The translations under genes were made by a program, and so were the position numbers. Of a DNA stretch of 64,000 nt, positions 17,652-26,511 are shown in pieces (position 1 is the stretch's first letter; each line of letters starts with the position of its first letter). Location: the IMG/VR virus record IMGVR_UViG_3300035670_000079, positions 1 through 64,000 of that record, one strand, 5' to 3'. The notes below the pieces were generated by a model that had not been told where the DNA came from, searched no databases, and saw only the letters and a list, made by a program, of their open reading frames with translations. This DNA comes from a virus.

Positions 17652-18325
17652 TGGGGGACTCTTTACAGTGAAGCCTTATCATAACTGCAAGATTTCCGGA
17701 CCCTTCTTACGTAAGGATGGGCGGCAGCATGTTGTAGTCGTACATTCTTGCGGTAAACGGACTACCGTATCTTACCCGAAGTACTTAATGGAGTGCCATC
17801 TGGGTAAGTATCTTGCAAGTAATGAGACGGTTGATCACATTGATCAAAATTTTAGGAATAACAATCTTGACAATCCTAGGGTTATGGACAGAGTTGCTCA
17901 CAGTCGCAAAGATGCTTTGAGACTGCTACCGGTTGACCTGAGATGCCAAGTTTGTGGGAAGTCCTTCAGCCTTGTCGGTAAGAGATTGCACGACGCTATT
18001 TACAATAGAGCTAGGGGTAAGAAAGGACCATTTTGCTCTAAGAGTTGTGCAGGTATTGGAGGTAGGCTGAAACTCCCATTAGTGGAATTGCCTAGAATTT
18101 TAGAGTCCAATGGAGCCTTTGAGTAGAAATATTCAAAGTGGACGGGGCTAATTCGGTGAATCCTCTGATCATGGTAACGCCGAGCTAGGCTTATGGTAAT
18201 GATCCATAAGTTGAGTGTAGAGACTTTACACCCCGCACCTAAGTCTTGCTTATGTAAGATATGGTGAAGACAAAGTCCAGACTACAAACGCACTTAATTG
18301 CGGCGTCGAAAGACGTAGTAGTACG
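17652..18325 (+). mobile_element. group I intron (IC3-like core) carrying an HNH homing endonuclease ORF
   Basis: It sits between U34 and A35 of the tRNA-Leu anticodon and ends in G. Core-like blocks are ctaattcggtgaatcc (18148), atggtaacgccgagctaggc (18171), gtgtagagact (18215) and cacctaag (18236). They resemble the Azoarcus/cyanobacterial tRNA introns as I remember them. Confidence 0.7.
17668..18126 (+). CDS. intron-encoded HNH homing endonuclease
   Basis: Motif YPKYLMECHLGKYL..ETVDHIDQNFRNNNLDN..RVAH, plus C-terminal CQVCG..CSKSC. Confidence 0.8.
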   Translation: MKPYHNCKISGPFLRKDGRQHVVVVHSCGKRTTVSYPKYLMECHLGKYLASNETVDHIDQNFRNNNLDNPRVMDRVAHSRKDALRLLPVDLRCQVCGKSFSLVGKRLHDAIYNRARGKKGPFCSKSCAGIGGRLKLPLVELPRILESNGAFE

Positions 18326-18392
18326 AAAATCCGATGGGGGTTACCCCGTGTGGGTTCGAGTCCCACTATCCCTAATTCTTAGAGGTAGCGTT

Positions 18393-18794
18393 ATGGAAGA
18401 GTTTGCTGAGCAGCTACGCGAGTTTATAGCTAATTGGCAGCAATTCAATAAATCTGCCACTGTATTTCGTGGTAGCAGTAGGTGGATTCACGTTGATGAA
18501 CTCTCGGCTTACCTTAGGATATCTCTTAGATATATCAACGGCACTTACTGCACCGTGTTAGACGTAGCCTCTGTTACAGTACATGACGAGAACTTAGGTT
18601 ACTGTCAGCAGATATTTAGGCTAGTGGAATCCGAGGCATCTAAAACTGTAGGTGGTGTTTTTGTTGAGAGTGTGTGCCACCCTGCTATGGCACACATTTG
18701 TGAAAAGCGTGGTTACTCCCGTATTAGTAATGGCGGGGGTTTAAATTACTTCAAATGTAAGGATGAATTATGTACTGCAACGACCCTGCTGTAG
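18393..18794 (+). CDS. hypothetical protein
   Basis: ATG 18393 lies just after the tRNA 3' exon. The upstream part of track ORF 18261..18794 reads through the intron and exon. Confidence 0.55.
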   Translation: MEEFAEQLREFIANWQQFNKSATVFRGSSRWIHVDELSAYLRISLRYINGTYCTVLDVASVTVHDENLGYCQQIFRLVESEASKTVGGVFVESVCHPAMAHICEKRGYSRISNGGGLNYFKCKDELCTATTLL

Positions 18795-19342
18795 TTAGTG
18801 TCGCACGTACCGTAGCTGGTTCAGGTGTTCGTCAAGTTACGTATGAACTTACGGATACGGTTACACTTCACAGCCGGTACTGGAGTGGCGGAACTAAGCA
18901 CCACTATTACCGCAGAAGTATCGCGGTGTCTCCTAGTGGTACTATTAAATTCCCGGAAACTCAGAAAACTGAAGACTATAAACTGAGTCCCGGTGAGGTT
19001 GTAGTGCTGTGTGCTGATGTTGGCACTAAGCAGTATGTGACAGTGTACTGTCACCCGGATACGCCTATTGCCAAGATGCCGGCGAATCAAGTTACGCTGC
19101 AAGGCTTAACTACGCACCTGAAACTCGTGTTGTGGTCAACCCGCAACAATAAGTCAAGTTATGCTGGTATCAGCAACTACAGATACTACTGCGTTCGCAG
19201 TTATATTACGCAAAGTGAGTGGGATGCTGCCCGGTCTGCCTTGATAAAAGTAGGCCTGCTCGACGGGCGTGGTGCTCTTACTACTGCTGGTAAGAATCTT
19301 GCAGATGAGCTTGGGCATACAGTTACTAGCATCGTAGGTTAG
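18770..19342 (+). CDS. hypothetical protein
   Basis: Track ORF. Confidence 0.55.
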   Translation: MYCNDPAVVSVARTVAGSGVRQVTYELTDTVTLHSRYWSGGTKHHYYRRSIAVSPSGTIKFPETQKTEDYKLSPGEVVVLCADVGTKQYVTVYCHPDTPIAKMPANQVTLQGLTTHLKLVLWSTRNNKSSYAGISNYRYYCVRSYITQSEWDAARSALIKVGLLDGRGALTTAGKNLADELGHTVTSIVG

Positions 19343-19344
19343 TC

Positions 19345-19992
19345 ATGCGTCGATTAGACGTACCCAAGAGCGTGCTGCTGAAGATAATCTCAGACCGCCC
19401 CTTAATTAACCTGAAGAGTCTAGCTGCTGTTGCCCAGGTTAGCCCTAAAATAGCTCGCAGGCTTTGTAAGGTATATGACCTTAAGCTTGCCGGTAAGCAT
19501 ACGCGATCGGTAGTTAGTTACATCAAGTTAACTGCTGCTGACGTGGAAGAGTTACGGGCTAGGCATGCTGCGGGGGATATGATTAAGGAATTAGCTCGCC
19601 GCTATAAGATTAGCCGCCAACGTATTTATGAGCTGTGCGGTAAGCGGCGTACCCCCGCTGTGCGTGCCCCTAAAGTACGCAAGCCACGCTTAGGTAAGCA
19701 CGGCGAAAAATACAATATGCTACTCGCCGGACCTAAGCTTAGTAATGCACAATTAGCCGCCCAGCTAGGTATAAGCTTAGACAGCCTGTACCAGCTAGAT
19801 TACCGGCGTCGGCTTAATGGTCTGCCTACCATGAATCCTAGTGGTCGTCCTTATAATAGGACACCTCCGGAGGTGGTTAAAGCAATACACGCAGACTTAG
19901 CGGCTGGTTTTAGTGACGCGGCCATAGCTAAGAGGCAAGGCGTACCTAGATACATTCCTAAAGGGTACAGGAAACGCTATGTCAACAGCTAG
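19345..19992 (+). CDS. multi-HTH DNA-binding protein (paralog family member 1)
   Basis: Modules IKELARRYKISRQRIYELCGK and RRRLNGLPTMNP...PPEVVKAI are shared with the next two genes. Confidence 0.6.
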   Translation: MRRLDVPKSVLLKIISDRPLINLKSLAAVAQVSPKIARRLCKVYDLKLAGKHTRSVVSYIKLTAADVEELRARHAAGDMIKELARRYKISRQRIYELCGKRRTPAVRAPKVRKPRLGKHGEKYNMLLAGPKLSNAQLAAQLGISLDSLYQLDYRRRLNGLPTMNPSGRPYNRTPPEVVKAIHADLAAGFSDAAIAKRQGVPRYIPKGYRKRYVNS

Positions 19993-20293
19993 GGATACCC
20001 TTCTAAGTGAGGTCAGTGCGTTAATAGCCGTAGAACCTAACTTAACGCTGGCCGATATTGCCAAACTCTTGCAGTATAACCAAAGATACTTGGGTAGGCA
20101 GCTTAGCGGTACAGCCCTTAGGAAGAAGATACGAAACAAGGCTAGGGGTATGCGTTACTCTAAGCTTAATGCTGCTAAGCACGAAGAGATACGGGCACTA
20201 CGCCTTAAGGGTAAAAAACTGCGAGAACTCGCAGAGCAGTTTGGCGTAAGCCATCAAATGATTTCACAAATATGTTCAAAGGGGTTAAAATGA
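19979..20293 (+). CDS. HTH DNA-binding protein (paralog family member 2)
   Basis: Module KHEEIRALRLKGKKLRELAEQFGVSHQMISQICSKG. Confidence 0.6.
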   Translation: MSTARDTLLSEVSALIAVEPNLTLADIAKLLQYNQRYLGRQLSGTALRKKIRNKARGMRYSKLNAAKHEEIRALRLKGKKLRELAEQFGVSHQMISQICSKGLK

Positions 20294-21231
20294 CAGTTCA
20301 CAGGGATGAGTTGCAGGTAAAAATACAAGAGCTACTGGATAAGGAGCCTACCCTAACTATTAGGGAAATTGCTGACGAGCTTAGACACTGTCAGCAAGTT
20401 GTCAGCGATACTATGAAAGCTATGGGAGTTAAGTCTCTACGCGAGCGTAGGACTGCGGATGCTGTTATGCGTATGCGGATGCTCTTGCAGGATGCGCCTG
20501 AGATTACGTTGGCTGAGCTTGCTGCTAATCTAGGATACTGCGAGGAGTATGTAAGGGGGATGGCTAAAGCTGCGGGCATTACGCTTAAGCGTAAGCCGGT
20601 TGCTGTTAAACGGTATTCTAAACTTAGTTCGGATAAGTACGAAGAGATACGTGTACTTCGCCGCACAGGTAAGACGTTACGCCAGCTTGCTAAGCAGTTC
20701 GGTATAACTTATCAAATGGTATCCCTTATCTGTAAGGGGATTAAGGTTGAACGTGAGCCTAAGCTGATTATACCTAAGGCTGAGCTTGAGCAGGCTATTA
20801 AGTCTGATCCTGAGGCTGATCTTAAGAGCCTCGCAGCTAAATTTAACAGTAGTGTATCCCGTGTACGCTATGCAATACAGCGATACGGGCTTAGTTACAA
20901 GTCTAAGCTGTACCGTCCGTGGAGTAAGCTTAACAAGATGTATGATGCGATATTGGCATCGGGAGTTAAGCTCACTAATAATGAGCTGTATGCTCGCTTA
21001 GGGGTTAGCCGCGTTCACGGCGGGATTATTACGCTGCGTAGGCGACGTAAGGGTTTGCCTACGATGAACCCTAAGACAAAGACTTACTCTCCCGGCCCTA
21101 GTCCGGAGGTGGTAGCACAGGTAGAGGCTACGCTTAATAGCGGGCTTGGTGTAACAGCTACTGCTAGAGAATTAGGTCTTAAGCATACTCAAGTAGCTTG
21201 GATACGGCGGAAGATGAAGCGAGTACGCTGA
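20290..21231 (+). CDS. multi-HTH DNA-binding protein (paralog family member 3)
   Basis: ATG 20290 has an ATGA overlap with the upstream gene. Modules KYEEIRVLRRTGKTLRQLAKQFGITYQMVSLICKG and RRRRKGLPTMNP...SPEVVAQV. Confidence 0.6.
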   Translation: MTVHRDELQVKIQELLDKEPTLTIREIADELRHCQQVVSDTMKAMGVKSLRERRTADAVMRMRMLLQDAPEITLAELAANLGYCEEYVRGMAKAAGITLKRKPVAVKRYSKLSSDKYEEIRVLRRTGKTLRQLAKQFGITYQMVSLICKGIKVEREPKLIIPKAELEQAIKSDPEADLKSLAAKFNSSVSRVRYAIQRYGLSYKSKLYRPWSKLNKMYDAILASGVKLTNNELYARLGVSRVHGGIITLRRRRKGLPTMNPKTKTYSPGPSPEVVAQVEATLNSGLGVTATARELGLKHTQVAWIRRKMKRVR

Positions 21232-21277
21232 TGTAGGCATACTCGCCATACAGAGTTCCCTGAATTAGGATTTGAAG

Positions 21278-21796
21278 ATGAAATTTTTGCACAACGGTGG
21301 TTACGATACACGTGCCAGCAGTTACTTGGATGCATTGCGGTACTGGTATATGGCGGCTCGTAATGATGAGAGGCTGCCAGTACCAGATGGCTCTGCTCTT
21401 ATTGAAGCAGTTACTAATCAACTTGTACTTACATGTGGTTTTGAAGATACTCCGCACCTCCGGGAACATACTCCCGAAGGTGCTGCTATGATATTGTTTA
21501 AGTTTCTTAAAGTAAAGGGGTTGGTGACGGACGTTACTGATGAGCCTTGCAAGACTTGCGAGCTTATGGTGGCGTTCTCCGGCTCGCTCAGGGTTAGCTC
21601 TGATGATGTTACGTTTGTTTGTGTGGATGGTAACTCGCGGTTCGTAGAGATTACCGGAGGTGACTGGGTTAATTTGCCATATGGGGATAAGCCTAGATAT
21701 GTGCTGAAGTCATTGGCAGACGCCATGAATGCCACTAATGATACTACTATTGATGAACTTGACATTACTATTGAGGATGAGACATGTCTGAGTTAG
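21278..21796 (+). CDS. hypothetical protein
   Basis: Track ORF 21272..21796. The first ATG is at 21278. Confidence 0.55.
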   Translation: MKFLHNGGYDTRASSYLDALRYWYMAARNDERLPVPDGSALIEAVTNQLVLTCGFEDTPHLREHTPEGAAMILFKFLKVKGLVTDVTDEPCKTCELMVAFSGSLRVSSDDVTFVCVDGNSRFVEITGGDWVNLPYGDKPRYVLKSLADAMNATNDTTIDELDITIEDETCLS

Positions 21797-22143
21797 GCCC
21801 ACTTCAAACTGAGTTTATACGGGCACTTAGGGAGGACAATATTCCCCAAGGTAGGTTTGCGTTCTTTCGGATAATTCCCGGTAAAGAGGTGTGCGAGCAT
21901 TGTGCCTTAGGGGTAGCCATTATGACCTGTGCCAGTAATGGTTTAGATTTAAGGTGGACTAAGGTAAACTCTAAGTGGACACTTAATGATAATCAAGGGC
22001 TTAAAGTAGCAGAGATGCTGAAGTTTACTGAAGCCGGCTCACATCAGATAATTGTACTCAACGATATTAATATGTTGACGTTCCCACAAATAGCTGATGA
22101 GATTGAGAAAAATCCTCTTTTCTATTTTACGGAGCCTGCATAA
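21784..22143 (+). CDS. hypothetical protein (tandem paralog A)
   Basis: Its N-terminus LGPLQTEFIRALREDNIPQG is nearly identical to that of the next gene. Confidence 0.6.
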   Translation: MSELGPLQTEFIRALREDNIPQGRFAFFRIIPGKEVCEHCALGVAIMTCASNGLDLRWTKVNSKWTLNDNQGLKVAEMLKFTEAGSHQIIVLNDINMLTFPQIADEIEKNPLFYFTEPA

Positions 22144-22496
22144 TGGAACTAGGGCCACTTCAAACTGAATTTATTCGAGCACTCCGTGAGGATAACATCC
22201 CTCAGGGTTTCGGTCAAGAGTTTACTATTGTACCCGGTGAGCCTGTGTGTAGGCACTGCGCATTCGGTGTAGCAGTTATGACGTGTGTTAGCAACGGTCT
22301 TAAATTGAAATGGGCTAAATCTGATAATGGGTGGTACTACAGGGACTCACAATCACTTATTAGGGGCATGCTGGCAATGACGTTTTGCGGTAACGCTAAC
22401 ATTATTAGAATGAATGACTCTAAAAAGTTGACTTTTCCTGAGATAGCTGCCTGTATTGAAGCTACTCCTGCCTATTATTTTGAGAGGTCAGTGTGA
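22143..22496 (+). CDS. hypothetical protein (tandem paralog B)
   Basis: Shares LGPLQTEFIRALREDNIPQG, C.HCA.GVA.MTC.SNGL and LTFP.IA with paralog A. Confidence 0.6.
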   Translation: MELGPLQTEFIRALREDNIPQGFGQEFTIVPGEPVCRHCAFGVAVMTCVSNGLKLKWAKSDNGWYYRDSQSLIRGMLAMTFCGNANIIRMNDSKKLTFPEIAACIEATPAYYFERSV

Positions 22497-22729
22497 GATA
22501 CCGTGTGATTGAACCGTGTACTTTTGAAGTGTTCGATAGTTGTGCTGGCGGCGATGCCAGTGACCCAATACTTAGGGAGTGCTCCGTAGGTGACATATTA
22601 GAAGTAATGCATACAGACCACCCTCATACGTTCGAGGGTGTTGAGATTAGTGATCTCATTAACGCTGAATTTGCAGATGGTACTGTTGCCTTCTGCTTAA
22701 GTACGACATGGTTTGAGGAGATTGAATAG
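22493..22729 (+). CDS. hypothetical protein
   Basis: Track ORF with a GTG start that overlaps the upstream stop. Confidence 0.5.
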   Translation: MRYRVIEPCTFEVFDSCAGGDASDPILRECSVGDILEVMHTDHPHTFEGVEISDLINAEFADGTVAFCLSTTWFEEIE

Positions 22730-23100
22730 TGAGAGTATTTAGCTTATCGCGGCAACCGGAATCCCTGCCACCTAACGGCAGATGTTACTCCTTTGGGTTA
22801 GCCAAGACCCTAATTTCTGTTAAGCGGTCCTTCACAAAGTTGGAGTTACAAAAGGCTCGCAGAGACTATATTCTCTGTAATGGTAAGATTACCGCTTCCG
22901 CAGATGCGACGTGGTTAATGTCACTTCCGCTAAATTTGTGCGTTAAGTTTGCACACCTGTGGCGTGATGTTAAGGTTATTGGTAATAAGGTTACCGTGAG
23001 TAAGGCACCCCGCGATAATGATATTCAACGGTTTAAGAGAGTTGGGTACATACGATATAATCCGCACTTGAAGGTACGCGGGCAACGCCGTTACGGGTGA
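22729..23100 (+). CDS. hypothetical protein
   Basis: Track ORF with a GTG start. Confidence 0.45.
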   Translation: MRVFSLSRQPESLPPNGRCYSFGLAKTLISVKRSFTKLELQKARRDYILCNGKITASADATWLMSLPLNLCVKFAHLWRDVKVIGNKVTVSKAPRDNDIQRFKRVGYIRYNPHLKVRGQRRYG

Positions 23101-23204
23101 TACTCAATTCATGTACTTTCTAATAATGAAAAAGTTAGATATTTTGACGAATTTAGTCACAAATGGTTGGAATTGTTGTAAAAAGGCCTACAGGATGACA
23201 AGAC

Positions 23205-23774
23205 ATGTTTACTGTTGTTGATACTGCCGGGTTCCGACATGACTGGCTTGATGCTAAGCCAGTCATATTCCTTGCCAATACACGTGATCCGAGTGAAGCC
23301 TATGATATGTATAGGCGTGAAGGCTATAAAAGCCTTCACGGATCGTCAGTTACAGTGGCTCTGTTGCAGGATATGAGTGTGTATATCACTGTGTCTGCTG
23401 CACCGCTCATTGATGTAGTTATGCAGAACGCTATGTTACGTGAGGCGTTTACTCAAGTTTACGATGAGTATGACTATGACTCACTTGAGGATGTTGCTAA
23501 TGATCTTGCAGAGGCTTTCTGCACCAATACGTTAGAGGAGCCGCACTTACGGGTTCTTCTAGATGTTGTGAATACTTATAGGAAGTGGATTTTGGATGCA
23601 TACGACATCCCATTGCTCATTGGTTTTAATGGTGAGGGGTATATTTATAGGTTAATCAGTACGCCCAAGGTTATTAGCAGGCTCAGTCTTACGCTGGATG
23701 TGGCACAGATTCGTGTGAATAAGGCTGCGTTGTTGCAAGCCTTGCAAGCAACCTCCTCAAGTAATATTCCGTAG
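23205..23774 (+). CDS. hypothetical protein
   Basis: Track ORF. Confidence 0.55.
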   Translation: MFTVVDTAGFRHDWLDAKPVIFLANTRDPSEAYDMYRREGYKSLHGSSVTVALLQDMSVYITVSAAPLIDVVMQNAMLREAFTQVYDEYDYDSLEDVANDLAEAFCTNTLEEPHLRVLLDVVNTYRKWILDAYDIPLLIGFNGEGYIYRLISTPKVISRLSLTLDVAQIRVNKAALLQALQATSSSNIP

Positions 23775-24365
23775 GTGACACAAATGCAATTTAACTACGA
23801 CAACGACACTGGAATGGGTAAACTCATTAATAGAGGTGCTATCATACCTATTACGGATATCGACGGTGAGGTTATGGGGGAGATTGCTGATAAGTACTTG
23901 CAGCGTGTGTTCTTGCAACTTGCTGCTTATGATGTTACTCTTGGGCAGTTAGCTGAGAGTATTAAGGATTCGCAGGTAACTAAGGCCAAGTTATTGGGAA
24001 TGGCCGCACTGGTTAAGCAGTTGCCGGGCACTGCTGACGATATTCGTGAGGATATTGACAATAAGTACCCAGTGTATGCCAGCATGGTGGCATCACTGGT
24101 GGCGATAGTGGCCACTGCGTATAATCGTAAGTATCCGGAAACGCCTTATAATATCTCTGTGATTAGGTATCAGCTCTCTGATGGTGAGCAGTCCGGTTGC
24201 TTGGCCATGTGCAATACTGATAAGATGCGTGAGATAATGGAGGAGGACGGCGGTACCGTTACAGAAGTTCGTGGTGATACGCCTAATACTGCTGAGGTTA
24301 CTTTTAAGTCACCTACGGGTAAGACCAGTCTTAGCGATATTCAAGGTGATCCTAGCCTGAATTGA
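23775..24365 (+). CDS. hypothetical protein
   Basis: Track ORF starting at GTG 23775. An alternative ATG is at 23784. Confidence 0.55.
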   Translation: MTQMQFNYDNDTGMGKLINRGAIIPITDIDGEVMGEIADKYLQRVFLQLAAYDVTLGQLAESIKDSQVTKAKLLGMAALVKQLPGTADDIREDIDNKYPVYASMVASLVAIVATAYNRKYPETPYNISVIRYQLSDGEQSGCLAMCNTDKMREIMEEDGGTVTEVRGDTPNTAEVTFKSPTGKTSLSDIQGDPSLN

Positions 24366-24419
24366 GCTTACTAGTCTATATGCTTGTGTGATCACACTTA
24401 ATTCTCTTGAAAGGTTGAC

Positions 24420-25661
24420 ATGCCGTTTTTGACTTGTGCTTCTGATTTTGTCTACATGGCCGGTAATACGTCTAATGCCATTGTAGACACATTACCAGCC
24501 GGCGTATATACGCTGGATTACAACAAGTTTAGGGGGTGGTTGTTTACGCCGACTACTATGTACACTGTTCCGGAGACTCTTTACGGTAATACTGTTAGCC
24601 GGGCAGATAGGGTTATGCAGTCGTTTAATGCCCGCAGCACCGGATTAGGTGTACTGCTTAGTGGTAGGAAAGGTGCCGGTAAATCCCTATTGGCCAAGCT
24701 TATTGCTCTTAGGTGCATTGAGGCAGGTATTCCTGTAGTTACTTTGCAGCAGGCTATTGCTGGACAGGACTTTACTGGTCTGATTACGGCTATTAATCAA
24801 CCGTTGTGCGTATTTGTAGATGAGTTTGAGAAACTGTATATTCCCAATGATAATGAGGAGACTAATCCTCAAGCTCACCTACTTACATTGCTTGATGGGG
24901 TTACTCATAATGATAAGAGGCTCTGGCTATTTACTGCTAATAGTTCTGGTAGTGTGCATGAGGCTTTGCTCGGTAGGCCCAGTCGTATTTTTTACAACTT
25001 CAAGTATAAGGGGCTTGATCCGGAGGTGATTACAGAATACTGTAAGGACAACCTCAAGGATAAGTCTAGGGCACAGGACGTACTGGCAATAGGCCGAAAG
25101 CTTGAATTGTTTGAGTTCGACGGCCTGAAGTCAGTAGTAGAGGAGATTAATAGGTATCCTGATATTACTACTGAAGAAATTTTCGCGAGCCTTAATTTGG
25201 GAGATATCAAATATACGCTGGGTGATTGGCAGACTTACCAGATGGATATCGAGATAACCCCTAAAGCTACTCGTGGTAAGTCTCTTCATGAGATTAAGCC
25301 TTCGGTTCCGGCACACCTTAGTAGGAACTATATGCATAGTGTTGGCATGACTGATAGTTTCCGAATGTCGGCTACACTTGAAGCAGGGGAGCATACCTTG
25401 CTGTTTGATAATGCATATAGTTTGATAATTCGTACTATCGAAGGTATGGGTAGGGATGAGGACGATACTACCGTTATTACGGGTGTGTGTCATTGTGTTA
25501 ATGGTAAGTATCTTATTCTTACACCTACGGAAAAGTGTATTCAGAAGTGGCGTGACGATATTGCCCGGAATCTTATGGTCTTAGGTGATACCAAGCATAC
25601 CACAAAGGTGCTGGGTACGTATACAATTCGATTTACACCTGTCATTGATGTGGAGAGGTAA
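24420..25661 (+). CDS. AAA+ ATPase
   Basis: Walker A GRKGAGKSLLAK, Walker B CVFVDEFEK, sensor-1-like LFTANS, and GRPSRIF. Confidence 0.8.
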   Translation: MPFLTCASDFVYMAGNTSNAIVDTLPAGVYTLDYNKFRGWLFTPTTMYTVPETLYGNTVSRADRVMQSFNARSTGLGVLLSGRKGAGKSLLAKLIALRCIEAGIPVVTLQQAIAGQDFTGLITAINQPLCVFVDEFEKLYIPNDNEETNPQAHLLTLLDGVTHNDKRLWLFTANSSGSVHEALLGRPSRIFYNFKYKGLDPEVITEYCKDNLKDKSRAQDVLAIGRKLELFEFDGLKSVVEEINRYPDITTEEIFASLNLGDIKYTLGDWQTYQMDIEITPKATRGKSLHEIKPSVPAHLSRNYMHSVGMTDSFRMSATLEAGEHTLLFDNAYSLIIRTIEGMGRDEDDTTVITGVCHCVNGKYLILTPTEKCIQKWRDDIARNLMVLGDTKHTTKVLGTYTIRFTPVIDVER

Positions 25662-25791
25662 CGAGGATACGCCCATTACGGCAGACATTAAGTTAATAGA
25701 TTACATAAATGAGCCGGCAGACTCAGTGCTGGATTATATATTGAAGCATCATCTCAGCTACGCTATAGCTAAGGGGTTTCTCGACAACTGA
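25648..25791 (+). CDS. possible small protein
   Basis: Internal ATG of track ORF 25585..25791 that overlaps the ATPase stop. It ends just before a strong terminator. Confidence 0.3.
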   Translation: MWRGNEDTPITADIKLIDYINEPADSVLDYILKHHLSYAIAKGFLDN

Positions 25792-25812
25792 GTTTACGCG
25801 CAAAGAAACTTA

Positions 25813-25847
25813 CTCGCAAGCACTTGCAAGTGCTTGCGAGTTTTTTT
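25813..25847 (+). terminator. rho-independent terminator built around the CTTGCAAG core
   Basis: Perfect 11-bp stem ctcgcaagcac/gtgcttgcgag with loop ttgcaa, followed by T7. Confidence 0.9.
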
Positions 25848-25886
25848 ATGCCCATAGCTAGAGTCACTTAGTGTTACACTTACAGA

Positions 25887-26106
25887 GAATTTTAGCACAC
25901 CGAAAATTTTAGCACACCAAAAAATTTTAAGGCCCGGCCGAGCGTAAGCGAGGTGACACAAAGAATAACACATAAGAGAGAGAGAGAGAGAGTATAGAGA
26001 TAGAAGTAAGGCATACAGGTAGGCGCACGCCTATACCAAAAATTTTAAGCGAAGGCCTATACCAAAAATTTTAGCGAAGGCCCGTACCAAAAATTTTAGA
26101 GGCCGG
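25887..26106 (+). repeat. six dispersed copies of (ACC)AAAAATTTTAG
   Basis: Copies lie near 25887, 25902, 25919, 26035, 26061 and 26085. The third and sixth lead directly into box/polypurine units. Confidence 0.8.
25921..26012 (+). repeat. box + polypurine unit 1 (forward)
   Basis: Box ggcccggccgagcgtaagcgaggtgaca is followed by a largely purine stretch that includes (GA)n. Confidence 0.85.
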
Positions 26107-26200
26107 CCGAGCGGAGCGAGGTGACAGTTAAGAGTAATATAAAGAAGAGAAGGAAAGTATAGGAAGAGAGGAGATAGTAGAGGGGGAGTAATAGGTAGTG
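26091..26200 (+). repeat. box + polypurine unit 2 (forward)
   Basis: Box aaaattttagaggccggccgagcggagcgaggtgaca is followed by a ~75-nt A/G-rich tract. Confidence 0.85.
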
Positions 26201-26511
26201 TTCTCGCCCTTTCTGTTGCAAGCCTTGCATAACCCATAACTTCCATAACTTCCCTAGAGTAGACTTTAGTTAGTAGACTTTAGTTCCCTGTTCCCTAGAG
26301 TAGACTGTAATTTTAGTGCTAATTTTAGTAAAAATTGTAGTTTTATAGCTATTTTTATGCGTATTTTGGTCATTTACGAGTAGTTTTAGTACTATTTCTG
26401 GTAGTTTTAGTGAAAAATTTTAGTCTTGGTGCTAACTCACGCACAGCGGGGAATTTTTGGTCGGAATTTTCGGTAAAATTTCTGCTAAAATTCTTGGTAC
26501 GGAATTTTTGG

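Larger units (their letters stand above)
17617..18374 (+). tRNA. tRNA-Leu(UAA) interrupted in the anticodon loop by a group I intron (exons ~17617-17651 and ~18326-18374)
   Basis: Acceptor GGGGATA/TATCCCT, D arm GCG-aaataggcaga-CGC, anticodon stem TCGGA/TCCGA, spliced loop cuUAAaa, long variable arm GGGG-tta-CCCC, T arm GTGGG-ttcgagt-CCCAC. Confidence 0.75.

Noticed and set aside
25975-25992. The (GA)n microsatellite as an independent feature.
   Set aside because: It is simply part of the polypurine tract of box/polypurine unit 1. The other five units have purine tracts without a strict dinucleotide repeat.
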